64,000 nucleotides of DNA from an uncultured Enterobacterales bacterium (GCA_945288535.1 CALYQQ010000016.1:1407-65406); one strand, 5' to 3'. Positions 32,997 to 46,775 are shown, counted from the first letter of the stretch. The notes: generated from the letters alone by a model not told the origin. Numbers and translations: made by a program.

Positions 32997-34742
32997 ATGA
33001 AGCCTGTAAAGTCCATTACAAGCAAACGCCGTAAAACGAACAGACAAATAGGATTTGTTTATTGGCGTTTTGCATTGCTTTGCAGTTGTGTTTTTTTTGC
33101 AATGTTTGCTTTATTAACAAGAGCTGCATGGTTACAAGTTATTGAACCAGATAAGTTAATCATGGAAGGAAATCGGCGTTCATTGCGTACACAAACTATT
33201 CCAAGTTTGCGCGGTATTATCAAAGACAGAAGTGGGCAACCATTAGCTGTAAGTGTACCTGCATATGCAATAAGTGCAAATCCTCAACAAGTAAATCTTA
33301 CTTTACTGCTTGAAGATGAACATGGTCGTGGGCAAGCGTTGGCTAACGCACTAGATATATCATTAGACCAATTGATTTATAAAATTAAATCAAGTGCAGA
33401 AGCCAAAAGTAGTTTTATTTATCTTGCTCGCCAAGTAACGCCAGAGCTAGCGGATTATATTCGTCAATTAAGTTTGCCAGGGATCAGTTGGCAGGCTGAA
33501 TCACGGCGTTATTATCCAGCAGGAGCTGTTACTGCTCATCTCCTTGGTTTTACCGATATAGATGGTAAGGGTATTGAAGGAATAGAAAAAAGTTTTGATG
33601 ACTGGTTACAAGAAACACCGGGTGCTAGAGTTGTTCGGAAAAATAGATTAGGACGCGTTATTGAAGATATATCATCAGTTGATGGGCAGCGACCACATGA
33701 TTTAACATTAAGTATCGATAAACGTTTGCAAGAATTAGCTTATAACGAAATAGATAAAGCTGTAAAAACTAATAATGCTGAATCCGGTTCAGTTGTATTA
33801 ATTGATGTTTATACAGGGGAAATTTTGGCTATGGCCTCGAGTCCTTCGTTTAATCCAAATAATCGACAAGGCACGCCAAATTCAAGTTACCGTAATCGTG
33901 TCATTACTGATGTTTTTGAACCAGGTTCTACTGTTAAACCACTGGTAATAATGACAGCATTGAATAAAGGTCTGGTTAATAATAATAGTGTAATTAATAC
34001 GCGTCCATATAAGATTAATGGTAAAGAAATTAGAGATGTAGCACCAAGAGAGCAATTAACTATTAGTGGTATTATTCAAAAATCGAGTAATGTTGGTGTA
34101 TCTCGTTTAGCATTAGAAATGTCTCCATTTGATTTAGTTGATACTTATAGTCGCTTTGGTTTGGGACGACCAACTGATCTCGGGTTAAGTGGTGAAAGTC
34201 GGGGATTATTTCCTAGTGCTAATAAAACGCGTTGGGCGGATATCGAACGTGCAACATTTTCTTTTGGTTATGGATTAATGGTTACACCGTTACAATTAGC
34301 GAGAGCTTATGCAACGATAGGGAGTGGTGGTGTTTATCGGCCATTATCTATCACGCGAGTCGATCCACCAGTTTATGGTGAGCGAATATTTCCAGAAAAT
34401 ATTGTTAGAAATGTAGTGGAAATGATGGAAACAGTTACTTATCCACATGAAGGTGGTGCTAAAGCTGCTGTAAAAGGCTATCGTGTTGCTGTTAAAACCG
34501 GTACAGCAAAAAAAGTGGGTGATAATGGTGCTTATATTAATAAATATGTTGCTTATACTGCCGGTTTGGCGCCAGTAAGTAATCCACGGATCGCTATGGT
34601 AATCGTGATAGATGATCCTAAAGCAGGGCAGTTTTATGGAGGGGCAGTTTCTGCACCTATATTTGGTACCGTTATGGAAGGCGTGCTTCGTACACTTAAT
34701 ATTCAGCCTGATGGATTAAATGAACAGACTAAAATCATGTAG
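32997..34742 (+). CDS. ftsI: Peptidoglycan transpeptidase FtsI (PBP3)
   Basis: EPGSTVKP (SxxK), KSSNVG, KTGTA; start uncertain (32973-32997). Confidence 0.97.
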   Translation: MKPVKSITSKRRKTNRQIGFVYWRFALLCSCVFFAMFALLTRAAWLQVIEPDKLIMEGNRRSLRTQTIPSLRGIIKDRSGQPLAVSVPAYAISANPQQVNLTLLLEDEHGRGQALANALDISLDQLIYKIKSSAEAKSSFIYLARQVTPELADYIRQLSLPGISWQAESRRYYPAGAVTAHLLGFTDIDGKGIEGIEKSFDDWLQETPGARVVRKNRLGRVIEDISSVDGQRPHDLTLSIDKRLQELAYNEIDKAVKTNNAESGSVVLIDVYTGEILAMASSPSFNPNNRQGTPNSSYRNRVITDVFEPGSTVKPLVIMTALNKGLVNNNSVINTRPYKINGKEIRDVAPREQLTISGIIQKSSNVGVSRLALEMSPFDLVDTYSRFGLGRPTDLGLSGESRGLFPSANKTRWADIERATFSFGYGLMVTPLQLARAYATIGSGGVYRPLSITRVDPPVYGERIFPENIVRNVVEMMETVTYPHEGGAKAAVKGYRVAVKTGTAKKVGDNGAYINKYVAYTAGLAPVSNPRIAMVIVIDDPKAGQFYGGAVSAPIFGTVMEGVLRTLNIQPDGLNEQTKIM

Positions 34743-34761
34743 TAGAATTAACTATGGGTAA

Positions 34762-36252
34762 ATGATGGTAACTACCTATCTAGATCAACTGCTGGCGCCT
34801 TTATCTCTTCAGGTGCCAGCAATACCGTTAAAGCACATGCAATTGGATAGCCGCAAGGTTTCCGATGGGGATTTATTTATTGCGGTTATAGGACATAAAA
34901 TTGATGGGCGTTATTATATTGATAATGCTATTGCCCGGGGTGCTGCCGCTATTATTGCTGAAGCAGATGACCTAAATAAACAGGGTTATATTGAAACTAG
35001 GAATACCATTCCTATTATTTATGTGAACAACCTTAATTGTCAGCTTTCAAGATTAGCTGGTATTTTCTATCAGCAACCATCTCATTACTTAACTTTGGTG
35101 GGGGTAACAGGTACAAATGGTAAAACGACAATTACACAGCTGTTAGCGCAATGGAGTCAACTGTGTGGTCGTCGTGCAGCAGTGATGGGAACACTAGGTA
35201 ATGGATTTCTTGATGCTATTTCTCCAACAAAAAATACCACAGGATCCGCTGTAGATATTCAAGCTTGTTTAGCAAAGTTTCAACAGCAACAGGCTGATTT
35301 TGTTGCAATGGAGGTATCATCACATGGATTAGTTCAGCATAGAGTGAATAATCTCTCTTTTTCAGCCGCTGTATTTACTAATTTAAGTCGTGATCATTTA
35401 GATTATCATGGTGATATGCAACATTATGAAAAAGCAAAACAAACATTATTTACTGATCATATTGCTAAGATAAAAATAATTAATGCTGATGATGATATTG
35501 GTTTTACGTGGTTAAAGAACATTCCTGATGCCGTTGCTGTAACAATACAAAGACAAATATTACCTAATCATCATACAAAGTGGCTACATGCATACGCCGT
35601 TCAATACCATGATAATGGTGTAACAATTGAATTTGATTCAAGTTGGGGGACGGGCGAACTCAATAGCCGTTTAATCGGTGAGTTTAATGTGAGTAATATC
35701 CTTTTAGGGCTAGCAACATTATTGTCATTGGGGTATCCACTTTCAGAATTACTTGCTGTTTCGTATCAATTACAACCTGTTTGTGGGCGTATGGAAGTAT
35801 TTTCTAAAATGAATAACCCTCTCGTTATTGTTGATTATGCACACACACCTGACGCTTTAGCAAAAGCACTTCAAGCTTGCCGATTACATAGTAAAGGCCG
35901 GATATGGTGTATATTTGGCTGTGGAGGTGAGCGTGATAAAGGTAAACGACCAATGATGGCGAATATTGCAGAAAGGCTTGCAGATAAAATTATTGTGACT
36001 GATGATAATCCTCGAAATGAATCTGCTAACGCGATTATAAATGATATTCTTCAAGGTTTTACGCAACTAACTGATATAACGGTGATTCATAATCGCGCAG
36101 ATGCTATAGCGCATGCAGTTGATCAGGCTAATGTTGATGATATTATTTTGGTCGCAGGTAAAGGTCATGAAGATTATCAAATAATTGGCGATCACTATTT
36201 TGAGTACTCAGATAGAACAACTGTTGCCCAGCTGTATGGAGTGGCACTATGA
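34762..36252 (+). CDS. murE: UDP-MurNAc-tripeptide synthetase (mDAP ligase)
   Basis: [27 protein letters not shown]. Confidence 0.97.
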   Translation: MMVTTYLDQLLAPLSLQVPAIPLKHMQLDSRKVSDGDLFIAVIGHKIDGRYYIDNAIARGAAAIIAEADDLNKQGYIETRNTIPIIYVNNLNCQLSRLAGIFYQQPSHYLTLVGVTGTNGKTTITQLLAQWSQLCGRRAAVMGTLGNGFLDAISPTKNTTGSAVDIQACLAKFQQQQADFVAMEVSSHGLVQHRVNNLSFSAAVFTNLSRDHLDYHGDMQHYEKAKQTLFTDHIAKIKIINADDDIGFTWLKNIPDAVAVTIQRQILPNHHTKWLHAYAVQYHDNGVTIEFDSSWGTGELNSRLIGEFNVSNILLGLATLLSLGYPLSELLAVSYQLQPVCGRMEVFSKMNNPLVIVDYAHTPDALAKALQACRLHSKGRIWCIFGCGGERDKGKRPMMANIAERLADKIIVTDDNPRNESANAIINDILQGFTQLTDITVIHNRADAIAHAVDQANVDDIILVAGKGHEDYQIIGDHYFEYSDRTTVAQLYGVAL

Positions 36253-37619
36253 TAACTGTATCCTTAACAACATTAACCACCATTGTATCAGGACAATTAA
36301 TAATGGTTGATGGCTGTTCTTCTCAGCAGACGATTTCTGATATAACCATTGATAGTAGAACAGTTAACTCAGAAAGTCTGTTTATTGCAATCAAGGGAGA
36401 ACATTTTGATGGACATGATTTTGCCAAACAAGCAATAGATCGTGGTGCTAAAGCGATAGTCGTTAATAGAGTTTTACCATTTCCTATCATACAAATTGTT
36501 GTAGAGGATACACGCCTTGCTCTGGGTAGACTAGCCGGTTGGCTTAGAGAACAAGTGCCAACTCGCGTGATCGCCTTGACTGGCTCGTCTGGAAAAACAT
36601 CCGTTAAAGAAATGACCGCAACAATCTTACAGTTATGTGGTTCGGTATTATATACCGCAGGAAATTATAATAATGACATTGGTGTACCTCTAACGTTGTT
36701 ACGATTAACGCAAGATCATAAGTTTGCAGTAATAGAACAAGGTGCAAATCATATTGGTGAAATAGCATATACGTCAGAGTTAGTAAAGCCAGAAGTTGCA
36801 TTAGTTAATAATTTTGCTGCTGCTCATCTGGAAGGATTTGGTAGCCTGGTGGGTGTTGTACAAGCTAAAGGTGAAATTTTCGATCATTTGAAAATAGGTG
36901 GCACTGCTATTATTAATCAAGATTGCCATGATTTTGATCTGTGGCAAGATAAATTAATAGATAAACGGATTTGGCGTTTTTCTGTTCATAGTACGACTGA
37001 TGTAGAGTTTTATGCCAGTAATATTCGGGTATTTCCAACTAAAACGGATTTTACATTACATTCACCACAAGGTGAAGTAGCCATTTCATTACCTTTAGCG
37101 GGTTTACATGCTGTATCTAATGCACTCGCTGCAAGCGCGTTAGCCATGTCGGTAGGGGCACCTCTAGATATTATTCAACAAGGTTTAGCATTAGTTACAC
37201 CTGTTAAAGGTCGTTTATATCCAATTCAGTTAGCTCCAGGTAAATATTTATTGGATGATAGCTATAATGCTAATGTCGGTTCGATGGCGGCTGCTATTGA
37301 TGTGTTGAATGATATGCCTGGATACCGGGTTATGGTGGTGGGTGATATGGGGGAATTAGGTGAATACGCTGAAGCATGTCATCGTCAGATAGGTGAGCTA
37401 TTGCGCAGCTCCAGCATAGATAAAGTGATCAGTGTAGGAAAGTTAAGTTATTTCATCAGCAAAGAAAGCCAAAAAGGTCAACATGTAGCCAATAAAGCAG
37501 ATGTAATAGCACTATTACAAATTTTGCTATTAGAACACAAAAATATAATAATTTTAATTAAAGGCTCTCGTAGTGCTGGCATGGAACAGATCATACTTGG
37601 GTTGAAGGAGAGTAAATAA
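36249..37619 (+). CDS. murF: UDP-MurNAc-pentapeptide synthetase
   Basis: [31 protein letters not shown]. Confidence 0.97.
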   Translation: MITVSLTTLTTIVSGQLIMVDGCSSQQTISDITIDSRTVNSESLFIAIKGEHFDGHDFAKQAIDRGAKAIVVNRVLPFPIIQIVVEDTRLALGRLAGWLREQVPTRVIALTGSSGKTSVKEMTATILQLCGSVLYTAGNYNNDIGVPLTLLRLTQDHKFAVIEQGANHIGEIAYTSELVKPEVALVNNFAAAHLEGFGSLVGVVQAKGEIFDHLKIGGTAIINQDCHDFDLWQDKLIDKRIWRFSVHSTTDVEFYASNIRVFPTKTDFTLHSPQGEVAISLPLAGLHAVSNALAASALAMSVGAPLDIIQQGLALVTPVKGRLYPIQLAPGKYLLDDSYNANVGSMAAAIDVLNDMPGYRVMVVGDMGELGEYAEACHRQIGELLRSSSIDKVISVGKLSYFISKESQKGQHVANKADVIALLQILLLEHKNIIILIKGSRSAGMEQIILGLKESK

Positions 37620-38701
37620 TGCTAGTTTGGTTTGCCGAACATCTTGTCAAATATTTTACAGTATTTAATGTTTTTTCATATTTGACATTTCGTTCTATTA
37701 TCAGTTTGTTAACCGCTTTAATTATTTGTCTTTGGATCGGACCCAAAGTGATCAGTTATTTGCAAAAATTACAAATTGGTCAGGTAGTAAGAGACGATGG
37801 TCCCCAGTCACATTTTAGCAAACGCGGTACCCCGACCATGGGTGGGGTAATGATTTTAGCTTCAATTACGATATCTGTTTTGCTTTGGACGAGACTTGAT
37901 AATCCGTACGTATGGTGTGTATTGTTTGTCTTATTGAGTTATGGTGTGATTGGCTTTATTGATGATTATCGTAAAGTTATTCGTAAAGATACCAAGGGTC
38001 TTATTGCACGTTGGAAGTATTTCTGGCAATCCGTTATTGCTTTAGTGGTTGCCTTTGTCATGTATAGTTATGGTAAAGATACTGTAGCTACGCAATTAGT
38101 CGTTCCTTTTTTTAAAGATATAATGCCTCAACTGGGATTGTATTATATTTTATTAACTTATTTAGTTGTTGTTGGTACAAGTAATGCAGTGAATTTTACT
38201 GATGGCCTAGACGGCTTAGCTATTATGCCAACAGTTTTTGTCGCTGCCGGTATGGCATTAATTGCTTGGGTAACGGGCAATGTAAACTATGCACATTATT
38301 TGCATATTCCGTATGTTTCTAACGCTAGTGAGCTCGTCGTAGTATGTACCTCTATTGCCGGTGCAGGCTTAGGTTTTTTATGGTTTAACACTTATCCTGC
38401 ACAGGTTTTTATGGGCGATGTTGGTTCATTAGCGTTAGGTGGTGCATTAGGCATTATTGCCGTACTACTTAGACAAGAATTTCTGTTAATTATCATGGGG
38501 GGTGTTTTTGTGATGGAAACATTATCTGTGATTTTACAAGTTGGCTCGTTTAAATTACGTGGACAACGTATTTTCCGTATGGCACCTATTCATCATCATT
38601 ATGAGTTAAAAGGATGGCCAGAACCTCGTGTGATCGTCCGTTTTTGGATCATTTCATTAATGTTAGTTCTTTTGGCGTTAGTCACATTGAAGGTTCGTTA
38701 A
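37619..38701 (+). CDS. mraY: Phospho-MurNAc-pentapeptide transferase
   Basis: [29 protein letters not shown]. Confidence 0.98.
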   Translation: MLVWFAEHLVKYFTVFNVFSYLTFRSIISLLTALIICLWIGPKVISYLQKLQIGQVVRDDGPQSHFSKRGTPTMGGVMILASITISVLLWTRLDNPYVWCVLFVLLSYGVIGFIDDYRKVIRKDTKGLIARWKYFWQSVIALVVAFVMYSYGKDTVATQLVVPFFKDIMPQLGLYYILLTYLVVVGTSNAVNFTDGLDGLAIMPTVFVAAGMALIAWVTGNVNYAHYLHIPYVSNASELVVVCTSIAGAGLGFLWFNTYPAQVFMGDVGSLALGGALGIIAVLLRQEFLLIIMGGVFVMETLSVILQVGSFKLRGQRIFRMAPIHHHYELKGWPEPRVIVRFWIISLMLVLLALVTLKVR

Positions 38702-38702
38702 T

Positions 38703-40022
38703 ATGAATCAGTATCAGGATAAACAAGTTGTTATTATTGGCCTTGGTGCAACTGGATTGTCCTGCGTCAATTACTTTATGTTAAAGGGGATTACTCCCAA
38801 AGTTATCGATACACGGATAACACCCCCAGGTATAGACAAATTACCGATACAAGTAGAACGTTGCTTGGGCTTTTGGAATGAGGAGTGGTTATTAGCAGCC
38901 AATTTAATCGTGATAAGCCCAGGTATAGCTCTTTCTCATCCGCAATTACAATTAGCGCAGCGTGTGGGTATAGAAATTGTTGGTGATATTGAACTATTTT
39001 GTCGTGAGGCTCGTGTCCCTATTGTTGCTATTACGGGCTCGAATGGCAAAACAACAGTAACAACATTAGTGGGTGAGATGGCAAAAGCAGCGGAGATAAA
39101 TGTTGCTATTGGCGGTAATATTGGTGTCCCGGCACTCGATTTATTGCAACAAAATGCAGAGCTTTATATTCTAGAATTATCCAGTTTTCAGCTGGAAACT
39201 ACGTCATCGTTAAAAGCAAAAGCAGCTACGATACTCAATGTGACAGAAGACCATATGGATCGTTATCCTTTGGGATTGATGCAATATCAACATGTAAAAC
39301 AACGAATTTATCAAAATGCACAATACTGTATTTATAATGCAGAAGATCCTTTAACATTTCCCTTAATTAAATCTTGCGAAGATACCGTGAGCTTTTCGCT
39401 AACGAATAAAGGTAAATATCATATAGTGTCTCATAATGAACAGTATTGGTTAGCCATAGATTCATCACGGCTCGTATGCTGTGATGAATTAGCGATTACT
39501 GGATCACATAACTACTTAAATGCACTAGCAGCTTTGGCACTGGCTGATGCAGTAGATATTCCTCGACAAGCTAGTTTACACACACTAAAACAATTTAAAG
39601 GGTTACCTCATCGTTGTCAGTTAATCCATGAGCATAATGGTGTAAAATGGATAAATGATTCTAAAGCAACAAATGTCGGTAGTACTGAGGCCGCATTAAA
39701 GGGATTAACATGTTCAGGTCTACTTTATTTGTTATTGGGTGGTGATGGTAAAGCAGCGGATTTTTCGCCACTTATACCTTATGTCAGGCAAAACAATATT
39801 CGACTATATTGTTTTGGTCGAGATGCTCAGCAATTAGCAGCATTATCTCCTTCTCAGGCAACGATTACTGAAACAATGCAACAAGCTATGGAATTAATCG
39901 CTAAGAATGTCAGCACAGGCGATATCGTTCTTCTATCGCCTGCATGTGCCAGTTTGGATCAATTTCGCAATTATGAGCAACGAGGTGAACAATTTAGCCT
40001 ATTAGCTAAGGAATTTGGTTAA
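38703..40022 (+). CDS. murD: UDP-MurNAc-L-Ala:D-Glu ligase
   Basis: [34 protein letters not shown]. Confidence 0.97.
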   Translation: MNQYQDKQVVIIGLGATGLSCVNYFMLKGITPKVIDTRITPPGIDKLPIQVERCLGFWNEEWLLAANLIVISPGIALSHPQLQLAQRVGIEIVGDIELFCREARVPIVAITGSNGKTTVTTLVGEMAKAAEINVAIGGNIGVPALDLLQQNAELYILELSSFQLETTSSLKAKAATILNVTEDHMDRYPLGLMQYQHVKQRIYQNAQYCIYNAEDPLTFPLIKSCEDTVSFSLTNKGKYHIVSHNEQYWLAIDSSRLVCCDELAITGSHNYLNALAALALADAVDIPRQASLHTLKQFKGLPHRCQLIHEHNGVKWINDSKATNVGSTEAALKGLTCSGLLYLLLGGDGKAADFSPLIPYVRQNNIRLYCFGRDAQQLAALSPSQATITETMQQAMELIAKNVSTGDIVLLSPACASLDQFRNYEQRGEQFSLLAKEFG

Positions 40023-41194
40023 TGGTTTTATCTCGACTTTTAGATTATTTTTCAAAACGAACACTATTAACTCACTCAACTACGTTACTTTATGATCGTG
40101 TCTTATTAAGTATGATTATTGCCGTTACACTAACGGGATTTGTTATGGTGGTATCTGCATCTATTACGGCAAACAGTGATCCTTTTTATTATGCTAAACG
40201 TGATTTAGCTTATCTATGTATTTCAATACTATGCGCTATTGTAGTTTTACAAATTCCAATGGCAAAATGGCAACAATTCAGTCCCGTCATCTTAATCTTT
40301 TCTATTATTATGCTAGCAATGGTATTGTTAATTGGGAAAACGATTAATGGTGCAACGCGTTGGATTGGGGCTGGTGTTATTAACATTCAACCTGCTGAAT
40401 TAGCAAAATTGACTTTATTTATCTATTTGGCAAGTTATTTAGTCAGAAAAGTCGATGAAGTTAGGAATAATATATGGGGCTTTTGTAAACCAATGGGAGT
40501 CATGCTAATTTTAGCTATTTTGCTATTATTACAACCTGACTTTGGTACAGTTATTGTTCTTTTTGTTACAACACTAGGTTTACTTTTTCTCGCCGGCGCT
40601 AAACTTTGGCAGTTTTTAGCGATAATCAGTATGGGTGGATTGGCGGTAATTGTTCTTATAATTACAGAGGAATACCGAATAAAACGGGTAATTTCATTTA
40701 TGGATCCGTGGAAAGACCCTTTTGGTTCAGGTTATCAATTAGCTCAGTCGCTTATTGCTTTTGGCCGGGGAGGTATATTCGGTGAGGGACTAGGAAATTC
40801 AATTCAAAAACAACAATTTCTGCCGGAAGCTCATACGGATTTTATATTTGCAATTATAGCGGAAGAATTAGGTTATGTTGGTGTTGTTATTCTTCTTTTA
40901 ATGATATTCTTTATCGCTTTTCGAGCAATGTTGATTGGATATAAAGCATTAAAGTTAAAGCATCGCTTTTCTGGTTTTTTGGCTTGTGCTATTGGTATCT
41001 GGTTTAGCTTTCAAACATTGGTAAATGTAGGGGCTGCTTCAGGTATTTTACCTACGAAAGGACTTACTTTTCCTTTACTTAGTTATGGTGGTTCAAGCAT
41101 GATTGTTGTTTTTATGGCGGTTGCTATTTTATTACGAATTGATTTTGAAACCCGTCTAACAATGATTCAAGCACATATATGGAGTAAAAAATGA
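40022..41194 (+). CDS. ftsW: SEDS peptidoglycan polymerase FtsW
   Basis: [30 protein letters not shown]. Confidence 0.97.
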   Translation: MVLSRLLDYFSKRTLLTHSTTLLYDRVLLSMIIAVTLTGFVMVVSASITANSDPFYYAKRDLAYLCISILCAIVVLQIPMAKWQQFSPVILIFSIIMLAMVLLIGKTINGATRWIGAGVINIQPAELAKLTLFIYLASYLVRKVDEVRNNIWGFCKPMGVMLILAILLLLQPDFGTVIVLFVTTLGLLFLAGAKLWQFLAIISMGGLAVIVLIITEEYRIKRVISFMDPWKDPFGSGYQLAQSLIAFGRGGIFGEGLGNSIQKQQFLPEAHTDFIFAIIAEELGYVGVVILLLMIFFIAFRAMLIGYKALKLKHRFSGFLACAIGIWFSFQTLVNVGAASGILPTKGLTFPLLSYGGSSMIVVFMAVAILLRIDFETRLTMIQAHIWSKK

Positions 41195-42267
41195 AGCAAA
41201 AGCGCTTAATGGTTATGGCTGGTGGTACAGGAGGGCATGTTTTTCCAGCACTTGCTGTGGCGCATCGCTTAATAGAGATTGGCTGGCAGGTTCGTTGGCT
41301 TGGAACATCCGATCGAATGGAAGCAGATTTAGTACCTAAGCATGGTATTGAAATTGATTTTATTTCTATTTCAGGCCTAAAAGGTAAAGGGCTAAAAGCG
41401 TTGTTTATGTCGCCCTATAAAATTATTAAAGCAACACTTCAGGCTAGAAAAATTTTAAAACAATATCAACCTGATGTTGTGCTTGGTATGGGAGGATATG
41501 TATCAGGACCAGGTGGTTTAGCAGCATGGCTATGCGGTATTCCTGTGATAGTACATGAACAAAATGGCGTTGCCGGCCTGACAAATAAAGCTCTATCTTG
41601 TATTGCCACTCGTGTATTACAGGCATTTCCTGGTGCATTTAAAAAGGCGGATATTGTTGGAAATCCGGTGAGAAATGATGTCTTAACCCTACCAGCACCA
41701 AAACAACGTTTAACTTCTCGGCACGGACCATTACATATTTTAGTGATGGGGGGAAGTCAAGGGGCTCGCATTTTAAATCAAACCCTACCCGCTGTTATTG
41801 CGCAGTTAGGAGAGCAGGCCACGGTATGGCACCAGGTTGGTAAAGGGGCAGTGGCAAACGTTGAACAGCATTATCAGGAACTTGGCGTTGTTGACTATAA
41901 AGTAACTGAATTTATTGACGATATTTCATTAGCTTATCAATGGGCTGATCTTGTTATTTGTCGTTCTGGTGCATTGACTGTAAGTGAATTAACCGCAGCG
42001 GGCTTAGCTGCTATTTTTATTCCATTTATGCATAAAGATCGTCAACAATACTGGAATGCTTATCCAATTGTACAGGCAGGTGCTGCTATTATTATTGAAC
42101 AACCTACTTTAACTATTAATGGATTAGTCCAAATAATTAAAAAATTAGATCGGGTTAGTTTAATTGACATGGCTGAAAAAGCTAAAGCAAAAGCCATTAT
42201 AGATGCAACAGAAAGAGTCGCATCTGTGATTATTGATGTTTCAGAAAAAAGAGAACAGGCAAAATAG
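41191..42267 (+). CDS. murG: Lipid II GlcNAc transferase
   Basis: [29 protein letters not shown]. Confidence 0.98.
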   Translation: MKQKRLMVMAGGTGGHVFPALAVAHRLIEIGWQVRWLGTSDRMEADLVPKHGIEIDFISISGLKGKGLKALFMSPYKIIKATLQARKILKQYQPDVVLGMGGYVSGPGGLAAWLCGIPVIVHEQNGVAGLTNKALSCIATRVLQAFPGAFKKADIVGNPVRNDVLTLPAPKQRLTSRHGPLHILVMGGSQGARILNQTLPAVIAQLGEQATVWHQVGKGAVANVEQHYQELGVVDYKVTEFIDDISLAYQWADLVICRSGALTVSELTAAGLAAIFIPFMHKDRQQYWNAYPIVQAGAAIIIEQPTLTINGLVQIIKKLDRVSLIDMAEKAKAKAIIDATERVASVIIDVSEKREQAK

Positions 42268-42274
42268 AGTGGAA

Positions 42275-43744
42275 ATGCAAGAAGAACGCAGTTCAATAAT
42301 GAAAATCTATTCCATAGAGCATGCTATGCGTAGGGTTACACATATTCATTTCGTCGGTATTGGCGGTGCAGGAATGGGAGGCATTGCTGAAGTTTTGGCT
42401 AATGAGGGATATCAAATTAGTGGGTCAGATTTGGCAGCCAATACAGTAACACAACAATTAAAGGCATTAGGGGCGACCATCTACTCTAATCATGATGCGA
42501 AAAATATTGAAAATGCAAGCGTAGTGGTTGTATCAACGGCGATTGCGAGTGATAATCCAGAAATTATAGCTGCACGTGAAGCGCGCATCCCTGTAATTAG
42601 ACGAGCAGAAATGTTGGCAGAGTTAATGCGTTTTCGTCATGGTATTGCTATTGCAGGAACGCATGGTAAAACGACGACTACAGCAATGATTGCCAATATT
42701 TATGCTGAAGCTGGATTGGATCCCACCTTTGTTAATGGGGGCTTGGTTAAATCAGCTGGAACTCATGCTCGCTTAGGTCGAAGTAATCACTTTATTGCAG
42801 AAGCAGATGAAAGTGATGCTTCGTTTCTCCATTTGCAACCTATGGTCGCTGTAGTCACTAACATTGAAGCCGATCATATGGATACTTATCAAGGCGATTT
42901 TGAAAAGCTAAAAAAAGTATTTATCGAATTTTTACATAATTTACCTTTTTATGGTCATGCAGTTTTATGCATTGATGATGATGTTATTCGTAATATTATT
43001 CCTCAAATTGGTAGAAAAATTACAACTTATGGATTTAGTAAAGATGCTGATGTTAGGATTGAACATTACAAACAAATTGTGGCGCAAGGTTCATTCCAAA
43101 TAATAAGAAAAAATAAACCGACGTTACATGTTCTATTAAATGCACCTGGGCAACATAACGCATTAAATGCAGCAGCAGCGATAGCAGTTGCTACTGATGA
43201 AGGTATTTGTGATGAAGCTATCTGTCATGCATTGGCTGGTTTTCAGGGGACAGGGCGTCGTTTTGATTTTATGGGTAATTTTCAATTATCCAACAATAGA
43301 CAAATTATGTTTATTGATGACTATGGCCATCATCCAAGTGAAGTTGCTGCAACGATCCAGGCGGCACGGAATGGTTGGCATGATCGCCGATTGGTGATGA
43401 TTTTTCAACCACATCGTTATACACGAACACGTGACTTATATGATGATTTTGTACAGGTGTTATCTCAAGTTGATGTTTTATTTATGCTGGATGTTTATGC
43501 CGCAGGCGAAACTGCAATTCCCGGTGCGGATAGCCGTTCGCTTTGCCGTACATTGCGTAGTCGAGGAAAAGTAGATCCTATTCTTGTTACAGACATAGAT
43601 ATGTTACCACAAATGCTTGATGAAGTTTTACGAGATAATGACTTATTGTTAACACAAGGTGCCGGTAATATTGGAAAAATAGCCCGACAATTGGCCGATA
43701 ATAAATTAAAAGTACAAAATAAAAATGGAGAGCATTATGTCTGA
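42275..43744 (+). CDS. murC: UDP-MurNAc:L-Ala ligase
   Basis: [33 protein letters not shown]; start uncertain (42275 or 42299). Confidence 0.97.
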   Translation: MQEERSSIMKIYSIEHAMRRVTHIHFVGIGGAGMGGIAEVLANEGYQISGSDLAANTVTQQLKALGATIYSNHDAKNIENASVVVVSTAIASDNPEIIAAREARIPVIRRAEMLAELMRFRHGIAIAGTHGKTTTTAMIANIYAEAGLDPTFVNGGLVKSAGTHARLGRSNHFIAEADESDASFLHLQPMVAVVTNIEADHMDTYQGDFEKLKKVFIEFLHNLPFYGHAVLCIDDDVIRNIIPQIGRKITTYGFSKDADVRIEHYKQIVAQGSFQIIRKNKPTLHVLLNAPGQHNALNAAAAIAVATDEGICDEAICHALAGFQGTGRRFDFMGNFQLSNNRQIMFIDDYGHHPSEVAATIQAARNGWHDRRLVMIFQPHRYTRTRDLYDDFVQVLSQVDVLFMLDVYAAGETAIPGADSRSLCRTLRSRGKVDPILVTDIDMLPQMLDEVLRDNDLLLTQGAGNIGKIARQLADNKLKVQNKNGEHYV

Positions 43745-44648
43745 AAAAGTTGCTGTTCTTTTAGGTGGTTCTTCAGCAGAACGCGACGTTTCATTAAAGT
43801 CAGGTGCCGCTGTTTTAGCGAGTTTATGTGAAGAAGGTGTTGATGCTTATCCTATTGATCCTACAGAATATCCACTTAGTCAATTAAAAGAAGATGGTTT
43901 TACTAAAGTTTTTATTGCACTGCATGGCAGAGGAGGCGAGGATGGTACATTGCAGGGTACATTAGAGCTTATGGGAATGCCTTATACTGGGAGTGGTGTT
44001 TTAGCGTCAGCACTCTCAATGGATAAATTTCGGACTAAATTAGTTTGGCAAGCATTGGGACTGCCTATTGCGCCATTTATTGTTATCACCAGCAATAAAT
44101 ATAGTACAATTAATAGTGAAGATATTATTCAGCAAATAGGTTTGCCGTTAATTGTAAAGCCGAGTAAAGAAGGTTCCAGTGTGGGAATGAGTAAAGTAAC
44201 GTGTATCAAAGAGTTACTACCTGCACTAAATGTTGCTTTTCAATATGATGATACAGTACTCATTGAAAAATGGCTATCTGGTGCGGAATTTACTATTGCG
44301 ATAGTCGGTGATAATCTCCTACCTTCTGTTCGTATTAAACCTGCGGCAACATTTTATGATTACAATGCAAAATATTTGTCTGATGATACACAATATTTTT
44401 GTCCAAGTGGTTTAGATGAAACTCAAGAGTATTATATTGGTAAGCTTGCTATGCAAGCCTATCATGCACTTGAGTGTCGGGGATGGGGACGAATAGATTT
44501 AATGCAAGATGAAGTGGGTGATTTTTACTTACTTGAAGCTAATACTGCACCAGGCATGACCAATCACAGTTTAGTTCCAATGGCAGCAAAGCAAGCTGGA
44601 TTGAGTTTTTCGCAGTTAGTTATGAAAATTTTATCATTAGCAGATTAA
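43737..44648 (+). CDS. ddlB: D-Ala-D-Ala ligase
   Basis: [37 protein letters not shown]. Confidence 0.96.
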   Translation: MSEKVAVLLGGSSAERDVSLKSGAAVLASLCEEGVDAYPIDPTEYPLSQLKEDGFTKVFIALHGRGGEDGTLQGTLELMGMPYTGSGVLASALSMDKFRTKLVWQALGLPIAPFIVITSNKYSTINSEDIIQQIGLPLIVKPSKEGSSVGMSKVTCIKELLPALNVAFQYDDTVLIEKWLSGAEFTIAIVGDNLLPSVRIKPAATFYDYNAKYLSDDTQYFCPSGLDETQEYYIGKLAMQAYHALECRGWGRIDLMQDEVGDFYLLEANTAPGMTNHSLVPMAAKQAGLSFSQLVMKILSLAD

Positions 44649-44652
44649 TTCT

Positions 44653-45435
44653 ATGACACAAGCGTCACGCAATATATCGGAACAAGGATACAATAAAGAT
44701 AATAAATATAGAATTAGTAATTTATTGGGTTTATTTTTTTTGATAGCGGTATTAGCGGTCATAGCTATTGGGGGTTGGACGATTACGCGGTGGATGGATG
44801 ACGCCGATCATTTACCTTTATCGTTATTGGTGATTAGCGGTGATCGCCAATTAACACGAGATGATGATATCCGCGAAGTCATTATGTCTTTGGGTGAACC
44901 GAAAACCTTTATTACTCAAAACGTTGATGAAATTCAACAGCATATTATGGCGAATTTACCGTGGATTAGACAAATTAGCGTTCGGAAACAATGGCCTGAT
45001 ATGTTAAAAATTCATGTGACAGAATTTAAGCCTTATGCGTTTTATAATACCTCTGAACTATTAGATCCAGAAGGTCATATTTTTCAGGTACCCATGTCAC
45101 GAATAGAAGATAAATCCTATCCACATTTATTTGGAGGAAAAGGTAGTGAGAAAATTTTATTAAATGGATTTAATGAAATGAAACTATTTCTTGCTAAATA
45201 TGGTTTTGAAATTAAATCAATTGTTTTAAATGATCGTTATGCGTGGCAAATATTATTAACTAATGGTATTAGATTAGAGTTAGGTAGACGTGATAGAATG
45301 CTAAGACTAGGAAGATTTGTTACAATATATTCTACATTGTTGCAACAAACTAATGAACAACCTAATATTAATTACATCGATCTTCGTTATGGGACTGGGG
45401 CAGCAGTGAGTTTTTCGTCTCAGAGTATAAAATAG
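44653..45435 (+). CDS. ftsQ: Cell division protein FtsQ
   Basis: TM plus POTRA domain (LPWIRQISVRKQWPD), C-terminal YIDLRY. Confidence 0.94.
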   Translation: MTQASRNISEQGYNKDNKYRISNLLGLFFLIAVLAVIAIGGWTITRWMDDADHLPLSLLVISGDRQLTRDDDIREVIMSLGEPKTFITQNVDEIQQHIMANLPWIRQISVRKQWPDMLKIHVTEFKPYAFYNTSELLDPEGHIFQVPMSRIEDKSYPHLFGGKGSEKILLNGFNEMKLFLAKYGFEIKSIVLNDRYAWQILLTNGIRLELGRRDRMLRLGRFVTIYSTLLQQTNEQPNINYIDLRYGTGAAVSFSSQSIK

Positions 45436-45518
45436 TATTACAGTTACATTATTTATAAAATAAACAGTTTTTAACGAATGTTTTTTTTTATGGACAAAAT
45501 GCATTCAGGCTTATAACT

Positions 45519-46775
45519 ATGACTAAATCAGCAGATAGAAAACTTGTAGTAGGACTAGAAATTGGTACGGCCAAAGTTGCTGTATTAGTTGGCGAAGTAT
45601 TGCCTGATAGCATGATAAATATTATTGGTGTCGGTAGTTGCCCTTCCAGAGGTATGGATAAAGGTGGGGTAAATGATCTTGAATCGGTAGTTAAAAGTGT
45701 ACAACGTGCTGTTGATCAGGCTGAATTAATGGCGGATTGTAAAATTTCTTCTGTTTATTTGGCATTATCAGGTAAACATATCAGCTGTCAGAATGAAATT
45801 GGTATGGTGCCCATTTCAGAAGAAGAAGTGACTGCTGATGATGTAGAAAATGTCGTTCATACGGCAAAGTCTGTTCGCATTCGTGAAGAACATAGAATTC
45901 TGCATGTTATTCCACAAGAATATGCAATTGATTATCAAGATGGCATAAAAAATCCTGTTGGTTTATCCGGTGTTAGAATGCAAGCTAAAGTGCATCTAAT
46001 TACTTGCCATAATGATATGGCGAAAAATATTATTAAGGCAGTAGAGCGTTGTAGTCTTAAAGTTGATCAACCTATTTTTGCTGGATTAGCAGCAAGCTAT
46101 GCGGTATTAACAGAAGACGAAAAAGAACTTGGTGTATGTGTAATTGATATTGGCGGTGGTACAATGGATATTACTATATATACCGGAGGGGCGCTGCGGC
46201 ATTCAAGGGTTATCCCATATGCAGGTAACGTAGTTACCAGTGACATTTCGTACGCGTTTGGTACGCCACCAATAGATGCAGAAGCAATAAAAGTTCGTTA
46301 TGGATGTGCTTTGGGTGCTTTAGTTGCTAAAGATGAAACGGTAGAAGTACCAAGTATAGGTGGTCGACCTCCAAGGAGTTTACAGCGTCAAACATTGGCT
46401 GATGTCATTGAACCACGTTATAATGAACTATTTAATTTAGTTAATGATGAAATTTTAGCCGTTCAGGAACATTTACGTTTAACTGGTGTTAAGCACCATT
46501 TAGCAGCAGGTGTTGTTTTAACGGGGGGCGCATCTCAAATGTCAGGATTAGTTGAGTGTGCTCAAAGGGTTTTTCATACACAAGTTCGCATAGGTAAACC
46601 TTTAAATATTACAGGTCTTACCGATTATGCACAAGAACCTTATTATTCAACCGCAGTTGGATTATTACATTATGGCAAGCTCTCACATCTTATGGGCGAT
46701 GGTGATGTTGAAAAGCATCGTTCGGTAGGAAATTGGTTTAAAAAAATTAATAGTTGGTTTCGCAAAGAATTTTAA
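45519..46775 (+). CDS. ftsA: Cell division protein FtsA
   Basis: GLEIGTAKV, DIGGGTMD, C-terminal amphipathic helix W..KINSWFRKEF. Confidence 0.98.
   Translation: MTKSADRKLVVGLEIGTAKVAVLVGEVLPDSMINIIGVGSCPSRGMDKGGVNDLESVVKSVQRAVDQAELMADCKISSVYLALSGKHISCQNEIGMVPISEEEVTADDVENVVHTAKSVRIREEHRILHVIPQEYAIDYQDGIKNPVGLSGVRMQAKVHLITCHNDMAKNIIKAVERCSLKVDQPIFAGLAASYAVLTEDEKELGVCVIDIGGGTMDITIYTGGALRHSRVIPYAGNVVTSDISYAFGTPPIDAEAIKVRYGCALGALVAKDETVEVPSIGGRPPRSLQRQTLADVIEPRYNELFNLVNDEILAVQEHLRLTGVKHHLAAGVVLTGGASQMSGLVECAQRVFHTQVRIGKPLNITGLTDYAQEPYYSTAVGLLHYGKLSHLMGDGDVEKHRSVGNWFKKINSWFRKEF

Noticed and set aside
31720-34714. Exact 20-bp direct repeat CTTAATATTCAGCCTGATGG in rsmH (31720-31739) and ftsI (34695-34714)
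   Set aside because: Both copies encode LNIQPDG in segments where homologues already have similar residues; most likely convergence plus codon bias, and the intervening genes are core, not mobile.
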